Made by a program: the position numbers and the translations under genes. Positions 21,102 through 28,927 of a stretch of DNA of 64,000 nucleotides are shown here, piece by piece. Location of the stretch: NCBI GenBank assembly GCA_965207265.1, contig OZ242279.1, forward strand, positions 4,174,145 to 4,238,144, given 5' to 3'. Each line of letters begins with the position of its first letter. The first letter of the stretch is position 1. This DNA is from Vicinamibacterales bacterium. GTDB taxonomy: Bacteria; Acidobacteriota; Vicinamibacteria; Vicinamibacterales; UBA8438. The notes below the pieces were generated by a model that had not been told where the DNA came from, ran no database searches, and saw nothing but the letters and a program-made list of their open reading frames with translations.

Positions 21102-21214
21102 GGTCTTCACCTCCCGCCGCACGGTGGGATTGCCAACGATGCGGCAACGGCAATCGGAGAAACTGAGAGCGAGACGAGACATCGTCCGGTGCAACTCGAG
21201 GAATGAACCGCCGG

Positions 21215-21976
21215 CTACTGGCGCGGCCGGATCACGATGCGCGCGAGGGTCTGCGAATCGGGCGGGAGCTCCTCGTCGCCGGCCGGCATCCCGCTGACCG
21301 AGAGCATGTAGGCGATGACGTCGGCGTACTCCTCGTCGGTGAAGGAGGCCGGGTTGTCCTCGGGCATCGTCAGCCGCGTGTACTCGTAGAGGGAGGCGAG
21401 CGAACGTCCGTCCCACTCGCGGAGGAATCTCGCCCGCGCCAGCGGGGGAGTGGAGCGCATGTCGGGATCGTCCGGCGCGCCGTTCAGGCGGCGGCCGTGA
21501 CAGAAGCCGCAGCCCCCGGAGTACGCCAGCCGGCCCCGCGCCGCCTGCGCCGCGGTGAAGACGCCGTCCCACACCGACGCCGTAGACACCGCGTCCGCGG
21601 ACGCGTCCGCCAGCGCGGCCACCTCGCCGGTCGTGACGCCTCCGAAGTCGTTCGTCCAGGCGTTGCGGACGTAGCTCGCCAGCGACGAGGTCTCGGCCGC
21701 GGTCAGGGTGGGGAACGGCGGCATGTTTCCCGAGCCGTCGCGCAGGATCCCGACAATCCGTGCGGCGTCCGCGAGCCGGTCGTTGCCGCTCAGGGCCGGA
21801 AACGTCGGGGGGCTGCCTTCGCCGGTAGCGCCGTGGCACCGCGCGCAGCGCGCCTCGTAGAGCTGCTCTCCCTGCTCGAAGCGCGCCGCGTCGTCGACCT
21901 GCGCGGCGCCGGCGTTCATGGCGCACGCGAGGAGAACCCAGCCGAGTATCAGACCACCGACCACGAAGTTCCGCAT
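21215..21976 (-). CDS. Exported dihaem c-type cytochrome
   Basis: The start is taken at Met27 of track ORF 21215..22054 (MRNFVVGGLILGWVLLACAMNAGAA signal). There are two CxxCH motifs: 'CARCH' (about nt 21832-21846) and 'CGFCH' (about nt 21497-21511). Each is followed by a distal Met-containing segment ('NMPPF', 'LTMPED'). Confidence 0.8.
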   Translation of the reverse strand: MRNFVVGGLILGWVLLACAMNAGAAQVDDAARFEQGEQLYEARCARCHGATGEGSPPTFPALSGNDRLADAARIVGILRDGSGNMPPFPTLTAAETSSLASYVRNAWTNDFGGVTTGEVAALADASADAVSTASVWDGVFTAAQAARGRLAYSGGCGFCHGRRLNGAPDDPDMRSTPPLARARFLREWDGRSLASLYEYTRLTMPEDNPASFTDEEYADVIAYMLSVSGMPAGDEELPPDSQTLARIVIRPRQ

Positions 21977-22010
21977 CGGACTGACTCCCTCGTCTTGTCG
22001 GCGCCGGCGA

Positions 22011-22697
22011 TCAGGACCAGATATCGGCATCCGAGAGCTCCACATCCTGCACAAGCTCGGCGCGCATCGTCGTGTCGGCCTTCACTTCCCCGTCGAAGCG
22101 GAAGGGAACGTAGCCCTGCCCCGACACGAACAAGCGGTACTCGCCGGCCGGAACCCGCAGTTGCGCCACGCCGTGCTCGTCGGTGACGGCCCGGTAGGGG
22201 TGCGCAACCACCCGTGCGCCCTCCACCGGGGCCCGGCTTTCCGCGTCCGCGGCGACAACCGTCACGAGGCAGGCCGGGGCGGATACGATACGGACGCGGA
22301 ACGAGGCGCTCCCGGCGGTGTGCACGACAGCCGTATCGCCTGTCTGCGCTGCGGCCTGCCACGTGTACAGGCCGTCGGTGTCCGGAGCCACCAGGGCGAC
22401 TTCGGCGTGGTACAGCGCGTCGGTGCCGGGCCACGGATTGTCGCCGAGCGTGGTCGTCGCCCGTTTCGAGCCGTCGTGGTCGTGCACCTCGACCGTCCAG
22501 CCGGCCGTCCTGCACTTGGCGGAGCACGAAACCCCGAGCCTGACGGCGAAGCGCGTCCCGCGTTCGACGGCCGGCGGCGTGTCCCAGACGACTACGCGCG
22601 TGGCGTGCGGCTCGTCGTTGCGAACCTCGGCCTCGCCCGGTGACGCCGCGTCGCGGCTCACGTCGAGCGTGCCCTGCGTGTCCTCCTGCCGAGCCAT
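22011..22697 (-). CDS. Hypothetical small subunit-like protein with C-terminal carboxypeptidase-regulatory-like beta-sandwich; no signal peptide
   Basis: The start is taken at Met44 of track ORF 22011..22826 (MARQEDTQG...), 13 nt after the stop of the flavoprotein gene. The C-terminal 'VVAADAESRAPVEGARVVAHPYRAVTDEHGVAQLRVPAGEYRLFVSGQGYVPF' resembles CarboxypepD_reg. I recognise no family for the N-terminal half. Confidence 0.55.
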   Translation of the reverse strand: MARQEDTQGTLDVSRDAASPGEAEVRNDEPHATRVVVWDTPPAVERGTRFAVRLGVSCSAKCRTAGWTVEVHDHDGSKRATTTLGDNPWPGTDALYHAEVALVAPDTDGLYTWQAAAQTGDTAVVHTAGSASFRVRIVSAPACLVTVVAADAESRAPVEGARVVAHPYRAVTDEHGVAQLRVPAGEYRLFVSGQGYVPFRFDGEVKADTTMRAELVQDVELSDADIWS

Positions 22698-22710
22698 CGT
22701 CGGGATGCGG

Positions 22711-24810
22711 CTATCCCTCTGTCTCGGAGGGCTTGTCCGCGGCATGCGTGCCGGCGATGTAGCCGTGGACGTGGCCCTTGCCGAGGCCGTGCTTGTTGAA
22801 CCCGCCGACCGCCTCGCCGCCGGCATAGAGGCCCGGAATGACCTCTCCCTGCATGTCCACGACCTGCTGGCGCCCGTCGACCCGCAGGCCGCCGTAGGAG
22901 TCGTGCCAGATCACCATGATCGAGAGCGCATGGAACGGCGGCCGGTCTATGCGGAACATCGGGGCATCCGCGTGGCGCTCGAACTCGGGATCGGCGCCGG
23001 CGTCCACGCAACCGTTCCACTTGGCCACGGTTTCGGCCAGGTAGCGCAGCGGCACCCGCTGGAACTCGTGGCCGGCCGCGATCTTCTCGGCCAGCTCCTC
23101 GATGGTGTCGGCCTGGAAGGAGTAGCCGTTGTCGGCCACGTACGGGTAGCGGAGCTCCCATCCGGTGCGCTCCACCGCCTCCTGGTCGAAGACGGCCCAC
23201 AGCGGCCCCGAGTAGTAGTCCGGCGCCTTCGACCCCTCGTTCATGGCCAGCGCCGCGTCGAGGCCGTGGTCGTAGTCGTACGACTCCCGGATCCACTTCT
23301 TCTCGCAGTTGCGCCAGTCGAGCGGCTTGTGTTCCAGCCCCTGGCCGGGGGCGGCGCCGTCGCCCGGGTAGCGGCTGCCGCCCGGCCGGGCCGGCAGGCG
23401 GACCTCGTTGAAGAAGCGCTTGCCGACCTGGTTCACTGCGATGAACTCCTCGAAGCCGGCGCTGCCGACGTTGACCCCCGCGGAGCGGCGGAAGCCGAAC
23501 GTCGGGTGCCCGGGCATCATGGTCGTATAGGCGTCCTTGGTGCCGAGCCGGGTCGAGATGTGGAACGTCGTGGGATACGACAGGTTCTGGTGCATCCCCG
23601 CCAGGTTGGCGCCCACCCGCAGGCCGGCGACGAGCGCGCTGGCGTCCTGGCCGTGGGGGCCCTGCAGGGCGACGCCGCTGGTCGGGAAGGCGGGCTCCCG
23701 CATGGCGGGGTAGAACATGCTGCGGACCTGCGGGTTGCCGGCGTGGCCGCCGCTGGCCAGGATGATGCCCCGGCGGGCACGGATGGTCACCGTCTCGCGC
23801 CGCTCGTCGACGTTGCCGTTCTGCCAGAAGCTCTGCAGCAGGTCGCCGGTCTCGGGGTGGTGCCGCGGCGAGTAGTGGGCCCGGATGCCTACCACCCGGC
23901 CCGCGAACGGCTGCTCGCGGATGAGGTCGGTGAACCGGCGGTGCAGCATGAACTCGACGCCCTTCTCCCGCGCCGAGAACTCCAGGCAACGGGAGAGGGC
24001 CGCGCCGTTGCTCACCGCGTTGGGCCCGACCAGGCGGCGCGCGTCGTTCATCTGCTGCGGCGCGAACGCGCTCGTGCGCTCGGGATCGGCAACGCCCGCA
24101 TCCTCCGCCGTGATCGTGCCCGCCTTGATGTCCGTCTTGTCGCCGAGCATCAGGAAGCAGCGCGCCCCCCGCGCGCGCGACAGGCCGCCGCCGCCGTGCG
24201 TGCCGCTGACGCGCGTGAACCGGACGTAGTTGTCCATCATGAACTGCCGCGTGGCCGGGCAGTTCTCCGCCCACGCGCGGGCGAGCTCCCGCTCGTTGTA
24301 GCGGTAGGGGCTCTGGCCCTTGGGGTCGACCACCGACCAGTCGGTGATGTCCGTGAACAGGAGGTCGACGCTGTCGTCGAGCTCTTCCGGCTCCTCGGCG
24401 GGATCGACCGTGATCAATCCCTCCTTGTCCTTCTCGCCCTTCCTGTCCCGCTGCTGGACCGGGTCGCCGCCGCCGAGCGAGACGAAGGCCCCGCTGTGCA
24501 GCATCCGGCCGCCGAGGTCGAAGTTCTGATCCACCACCAGCACGCTGGCGCCGAGATCCCGCGCGCGGATGGCCGCGGTCAGGCCGGCGCAACCGCCGCC
24601 CGCGATGACCACGTCCACCTCGTAGTCCCAGGTCACGTCCTCGGCGCCCGAGGCCGAGTCCTGCGCCTGAGCCGGGCCCGGCGTCAGCAGCGCGCCGGCG
24701 CCCAGACCGGCCGCGGCTCCCGTCCTGACGAAGTCCCGCCGGCTGACACCTTGCTCGTTCTCGTGCTCGAGATGTGGATCGTCGCCGTCGTTGATGCGCT
24801 GCTTCGCCAT
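22711..24810 (-). CDS. Tat-exported FAD-dependent oxidoreductase (FAD_binding_2 / fumarate-reductase-flavoprotein-like)
   Basis: It has a twin-arginine leader 'VSRRDFVRTGAAAGLGAGALL..AQAQ', a dinucleotide fold 'VDVVIAGGGCAGLTAAIRARDLGASVLVVDQ' and the C-terminal 'IPGLYAGGEAVGG' block. Confidence 0.8.
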   Translation of the reverse strand: MAKQRINDGDDPHLEHENEQGVSRRDFVRTGAAAGLGAGALLTPGPAQAQDSASGAEDVTWDYEVDVVIAGGGCAGLTAAIRARDLGASVLVVDQNFDLGGRMLHSGAFVSLGGGDPVQQRDRKGEKDKEGLITVDPAEEPEELDDSVDLLFTDITDWSVVDPKGQSPYRYNERELARAWAENCPATRQFMMDNYVRFTRVSGTHGGGGLSRARGARCFLMLGDKTDIKAGTITAEDAGVADPERTSAFAPQQMNDARRLVGPNAVSNGAALSRCLEFSAREKGVEFMLHRRFTDLIREQPFAGRVVGIRAHYSPRHHPETGDLLQSFWQNGNVDERRETVTIRARRGIILASGGHAGNPQVRSMFYPAMREPAFPTSGVALQGPHGQDASALVAGLRVGANLAGMHQNLSYPTTFHISTRLGTKDAYTTMMPGHPTFGFRRSAGVNVGSAGFEEFIAVNQVGKRFFNEVRLPARPGGSRYPGDGAAPGQGLEHKPLDWRNCEKKWIRESYDYDHGLDAALAMNEGSKAPDYYSGPLWAVFDQEAVERTGWELRYPYVADNGYSFQADTIEELAEKIAAGHEFQRVPLRYLAETVAKWNGCVDAGADPEFERHADAPMFRIDRPPFHALSIMVIWHDSYGGLRVDGRQQVVDMQGEVIPGLYAGGEAVGGFNKHGLGKGHVHGYIAGTHAADKPSETEG

Positions 24811-24910
24811 CTCTGTTCTCCCCTCAACATCGACTTCGCGCGCGCTTCGCTCGCGGGTATCGCCCGACGCCAGCGGTTCACGATACCACCGGCCGGAGCA
24901 GCGCCGCCAC

Positions 24911-24940
24911 GAAAAACGCCTTGCCGGCCAGGCCGTTTCG
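24911..24940 (-). terminator. Intrinsic-terminator-like hairpin downstream of the DUF481 gene
   Basis: The minus strand reads cgaaacGGCCTGGccggcAAGGCGttttt. This is a GC-rich stem with one mismatch and a 5-nt loop, followed by T5. It lies about 100 nt after the stop at 25038. Confidence 0.5.
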
Positions 24941-25037
24941 TCGGTGCCGGGACCCGGTTGCGTCCGGTCGGCGTCCGTCCCGCGCTAGCGGCCGCGGTTT
25001 GGCCGGCGCTCTGTTCTCGGCGGCTCTGCCCTCCACC

Positions 25038-26009
25038 TCAGAAGCTGATCACGAGCGCGGTCCGGAGGATCGCGTCCAGCCCGGCCTTGCGGATCCGACC
25101 CGTACCGAAATCGAGTACCGTTCCACCCGCCACGGCCGTTTCGAACACTTCGTCCCCGGTGGCCGGCGTACCGTCGGGGTCGCGCAGCATGACGTGCGCA
25201 CGGATGACGGCATCCTCCAGCGCCGGCCGATGCTCATACAGATGCTGGAGGCTGATCCGCAACGACAGGTGCTCGTTGATGGCGACGCCGACCGCGTTGG
25301 TAACGTTCAGGGAGTAGTCGGAGGCCGACAGGAGATTCACGTTCAGCGCCAGGTCGCTGTCCAACTCCAGTGCGGCGCCAAGCCGGTGGTGATAGTCGCT
25401 GTCCAGACGGAAGCCTCCGAACCGGTCGTCCTTCGCGGCGTCCGGTTCGATTTCCTCCCGCGCCGTGTAGCTGATCCCGTAGCCGGTGGAGAACGACAGC
25501 TCATCCGTGTCGGCCCAGACGTTGCCGACGCCGCCGAATGCGATGTACCGGTTTCGGATGCCGGCGTCGTTGTTGCGATCCCAACTCGTGCCCGTATTCC
25601 AGAAGAACCGGTCGCTGATGTTCACCTCGAGGCGTCCCTCGACGAAGTACTGCTCGACATCCGGTGTGCCTTCAGCCCGGGCGACAGCCGTCTCGAACTC
25701 GTCCGGCAGCTCGCCGGGTAGAAAGCGCAGCCCCGGTTCGACGACGAGAAATCCGTCGCCGCTCGTGCGCGCGCGGACACCGTCCACGCGCAACCGCCCC
25801 CGCGCCGCGGTCCAGTTGCGGCGCAGGGTGTTCTTGAATCCGAGCGTCTGGGTATCGGCATTCCCACCGGCCCGAACGACACTCAGTTCCGTCGCGTTCG
25901 ACCAGCCGTTCTCTTCCTCGGCCGTGTCGGGTTCCTGTGCGCCGCCGCCGGCCACCATCGTCGCCAGCCAGGCCAGCAGCAGCGGTACCGTCCGCCAATC
26001 CGTTCGCAT
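25038..26009 (-). CDS. DUF481 (YdiY-like) outer-membrane beta-barrel protein
   Basis: The start is taken at Met36 of track ORF 25038..26114 (MRTDWRTVPLLLAWLATMVAGGGAQ signal). The 'VGVAINEHLSLRISLQHLYEHRP' block closely resembles the E. coli YdiY 'LNVAINEHFGLKVAYNVTWNSEP' block. The protein has alternating beta-strand character and ends in Phe. Confidence 0.7.
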   Translation of the reverse strand: MRTDWRTVPLLLAWLATMVAGGGAQEPDTAEEENGWSNATELSVVRAGGNADTQTLGFKNTLRRNWTAARGRLRVDGVRARTSGDGFLVVEPGLRFLPGELPDEFETAVARAEGTPDVEQYFVEGRLEVNISDRFFWNTGTSWDRNNDAGIRNRYIAFGGVGNVWADTDELSFSTGYGISYTAREEIEPDAAKDDRFGGFRLDSDYHHRLGAALELDSDLALNVNLLSASDYSLNVTNAVGVAINEHLSLRISLQHLYEHRPALEDAVIRAHVMLRDPDGTPATGDEVFETAVAGGTVLDFGTGRIRKAGLDAILRTALVISF

Positions 26010-26180
26010 TCGGGTCTTACTCCACGCGGTTGCTGAAGCTGCGGGAACCGGACGCGCTTCGCGCCTGATGCCGGACCGGGTGCGCCCCCGCACGGCGCAA
26101 CGGCCAGGAGCCATGCGCAGGGCGTAGTCCCGCCGATGCCGAAAGGCGGCGCTGGGAGCGCCGCCGCACCGCCGGCCCCT

Positions 26181-26873
26181 CTAGTTGGCGTGGCGGGCCA
26201 GTGTCTGACGCCAGAGCCCCACGGGCTCGCGGGCGCCGCCGCCGTCCTCGAAGACGATCCGACGTGTCTCGAGGCGCGAGCCGTAGAAGCGCTCGTTCGC
26301 GTCCACGTCCTGGCGGATGGTGCTGCCGTTGATCGTGATACCCGCGAACACGCCCCGCGCTCGCGAGTAGCTGAGGATCTGGGCGCTCAACTGGAGGTCG
26401 GTCGCCGCCGCGGCGCTGCGGCCCACCGGCCCGGCGGCCAATCCGGCGTCGACGCCTATGGAGAACTGGTTGCTGACGAGGTTGTCGAGCCCCTCCTGGA
26501 CCATGATGACCAGGATGATGTCGCTGCGCTGGACCCCGATCTGCAATCCGAAGCTCCCGCCCGTGAGGGTGAGGAAGGCCGGGGCCGACCAACTGTCGCC
26601 ACTGCGCGCGCTCAGGACGCCCCTGCCGCGCATGCCGCCGAAGCCGAAACCGGCGCGCGTGGTTCCGGGAAACACCGCAATGCCCTGGGCACGTTCCAGG
26701 ATGGCGTCCGGGATGGCGCTGTCGTCGGCGGCCATGATCGCGTCGAGCACCGCGGCCGAGCGCGTGATGCGCTCGGCCTCTTCCACGCCGTCGTCCTGGG
26801 CGGCGGCGCGGGATATCTGAAGTACGACGACTGCGATCATCAACGCCACGGTTGCAAGGAGCTTCCTGATCAT
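26181..26873 (-). CDS. Exported SYLF (Ysc84/DUF500) lipid-binding domain protein
   Basis: It has a signal peptide plus 'AQGIAVFPGTTRAGFGFGGMRGRGVLSAR...WSAPAFLTLTGGSFGLQIG' and 'GVFAGITINGSTI', which are typical of the SYLF domain. Confidence 0.7.
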   Translation of the reverse strand: MIRKLLATVALMIAVVVLQISRAAAQDDGVEEAERITRSAAVLDAIMAADDSAIPDAILERAQGIAVFPGTTRAGFGFGGMRGRGVLSARSGDSWSAPAFLTLTGGSFGLQIGVQRSDIILVIMVQEGLDNLVSNQFSIGVDAGLAAGPVGRSAAAATDLQLSAQILSYSRARGVFAGITINGSTIRQDVDANERFYGSRLETRRIVFEDGGGAREPVGLWRQTLARHAN

Positions 26874-26946
26874 TACCCGAATGGTAACATCGCCGGTCTT
26901 GCCACCCGCGGGCTTGCGAGGCTTGCGAGCGCCACCGTGCTTCGCG

Positions 26947-28740
26947 TTACCACGTCGGCAGCTCGGGGATCGCGATTCCGGTCGGGCTGTACTCGAGCGG
27001 TTCTCCCGCTTCCGCCGCCAGCAGGCTCAGCAGAAACGGATAGAGGGCTTCCATGCGGAACGACTTCGACGCGGGTTCCCAGGCGATCCCTTCTCCCTTC
27101 GCGAAGCCCGCCGCCGCCAGCGGTTCCTCGAGAGCGGCGACGTCGGTCACGACATGCAGGGTGACGTCGCTGTCGCCGTGTCCGTCCGTGACGAACGGCG
27201 GCTGGTGATCCCCGAAGATCAGCGCTATGAACCCGGGTTCGATGCGCTCTCGAAACGCTTCGAGCAGCAGCTCCCATTCGTAGGCGACGGTCACGAAGTA
27301 GTCCCGCTGCCAGCCCTGGGGAACCGTCAGCGCAAGCTCCACGTAGTCGGGCCGGGTCTCGATGAACGAGGGTTGCGGTTCTTCCAGCTCTTCGACGTCT
27401 TCCGTAATGCGGGGCGGGGGTTGCCAGGGGAAGTGCGTGGAAACGGCGAAGAAGTGAAACAGGCGAGGCCGGGGATTCCGGTTCCAGTGGTTCTTGAACG
27501 CGTGGTCCAGCGCCCACTGGTCCGGCACGTGGCCGAATCCGTAGACCAGGCCGTCGTACGAGAAATCCCGCCGGATGATCACGTCGTCGTAGCCGTACAG
27601 GTCCTCCGCCCAGGTGGCGCCCGGTTGAATCGCCAGCGTGTAGTAGCCGTGCCGCTGCAGGTATGAAATCAGGTGGGGATAGCGGTCTGCCATGCGCTTC
27701 CAGGCCCAGTACATCGAGTGGCTGCCGATCCGGATCCCGCTCAGCGCCGACGCGGTGCTCATCCAGGACCCGCCGCCGTGCACCGGAGCGGTCGCGAAGC
27801 GCGTGAACAACGGAAGCCGCAGCGCGTTCAGCTCGCTTCGCACCCGGCGCATCAGCTCCCGCCGTGCGACGCCGTAGTCTTCGTCGGCCCACAGCACCGC
27901 GCCGTAGGACTCGACTTCGAAGAGATAGATGTCGGGGCGGCGCACCGGAGCCGTCTCGGCCAGGCGATCCGCCGCCTGCACGATGGAGCCGTTCAGCGCC
28001 TCGATGGTGGCCGCCACGGCCTGTGACCGCTCCCAGTTGTAGTACGCGTGCTTCGCCTGGAGCTGCACGATCGGATCGTCCCGCGGGACGCCGAACCAGA
28101 AGAGCGACAGCAGGCAGTAGACGTTGGCCATTGCGCACGCGACGGCCGTGCGCCGCGGGCGGAGGCCGGCGGCCCAGCGCCAGACGGTATCCAGATAGCG
28201 CGCCACCAGCAGTCCGCACCCGGCCACCGCGGCCAACAGGACGACGACGGTCAGGATGTCCGCCGGACCCCATGCATCCCGCACGAAAATCCAGGCGCTG
28301 TCGAGCATGAGCACGTCGTCGAGCAGCGTGCCGGGCCGGCCGAAGAGGTCCTGGATAAAGCCGCTGTAGGACATGAACGCCAGCAGCCCGGCGTAGGCGA
28401 GCCATGCGAGCGGCAGCGCGGTCCGGCGCCACCCGCCGGCGAAGCGGCCGGCGAGAACCAGTGACGAGAAGATGAGGATCCAGTCGGCGCTGACCCGGAA
28501 GATGTCCTTGTTGTGGCGCCGGACGAACAACTGCAGGACGTACTCGTACGTGCTGCGTCCGATCCCCGGCCATCCCCAGTCGTAGTCCCCGCGCGGATGA
28601 CCCAGGGGAAAGAAGGGCGAGAAGTTGTTCTCGTCCGAAACGAGGAGATAGAGGGGGACGAAGAGCAGCAGATTGAGCGCCAGGAACCCGGCCGCGATCA
28701 ATGCGCCCGTCGGGAGCCGTCGGTACATCCACGAGGGCAC
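26947..28740 (-). CDS. Polytopic membrane protein with C-terminal alkaline-phosphatase-superfamily (sulfatase / LTA-synthase / phosphoglycerol-transferase-like) domain
   Basis: About 5 N-terminal TM segments are followed by 'PDIYLFEVESYG' and a late 'IFGDHQPP', consistent with the sulfatase-fold metal and nucleophile regions. The exact family is uncertain. Confidence 0.6.
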   Translation of the reverse strand: MPSWMYRRLPTGALIAAGFLALNLLLFVPLYLLVSDENNFSPFFPLGHPRGDYDWGWPGIGRSTYEYVLQLFVRRHNKDIFRVSADWILIFSSLVLAGRFAGGWRRTALPLAWLAYAGLLAFMSYSGFIQDLFGRPGTLLDDVLMLDSAWIFVRDAWGPADILTVVVLLAAVAGCGLLVARYLDTVWRWAAGLRPRRTAVACAMANVYCLLSLFWFGVPRDDPIVQLQAKHAYYNWERSQAVAATIEALNGSIVQAADRLAETAPVRRPDIYLFEVESYGAVLWADEDYGVARRELMRRVRSELNALRLPLFTRFATAPVHGGGSWMSTASALSGIRIGSHSMYWAWKRMADRYPHLISYLQRHGYYTLAIQPGATWAEDLYGYDDVIIRRDFSYDGLVYGFGHVPDQWALDHAFKNHWNRNPRPRLFHFFAVSTHFPWQPPPRITEDVEELEEPQPSFIETRPDYVELALTVPQGWQRDYFVTVAYEWELLLEAFRERIEPGFIALIFGDHQPPFVTDGHGDSDVTLHVVTDVAALEEPLAAAGFAKGEGIAWEPASKSFRMEALYPFLLSLLAAEAGEPLEYSPTGIAIPELPTW

Positions 28741-28927
28741 GCGGAGCGTCAGGTGGACTTCAGGAATGGAGGGCCTCCCGCAAGCTGCAGTCGAAGCTCA
28801 CGACTATACATCGCGGCGGTGAACCGTACGGACGACGTAGTGTCGGGATTCCGCCCCGTTTGACCCGCGGGTGCAAGCCGCCCGTCGCGGTTGCTTCTCG
28901 CTCAAGATTCCGTCCGCATCGTCCTCT

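Noticed and set aside
21102-21926. A 275-codon N-terminal extension of the S9 peptidase ORF.
   Set aside because: It overlaps the cytochrome c gene in another frame and is Arg-rich junk. The ATG at 21101 is immediately followed by a signal peptide.
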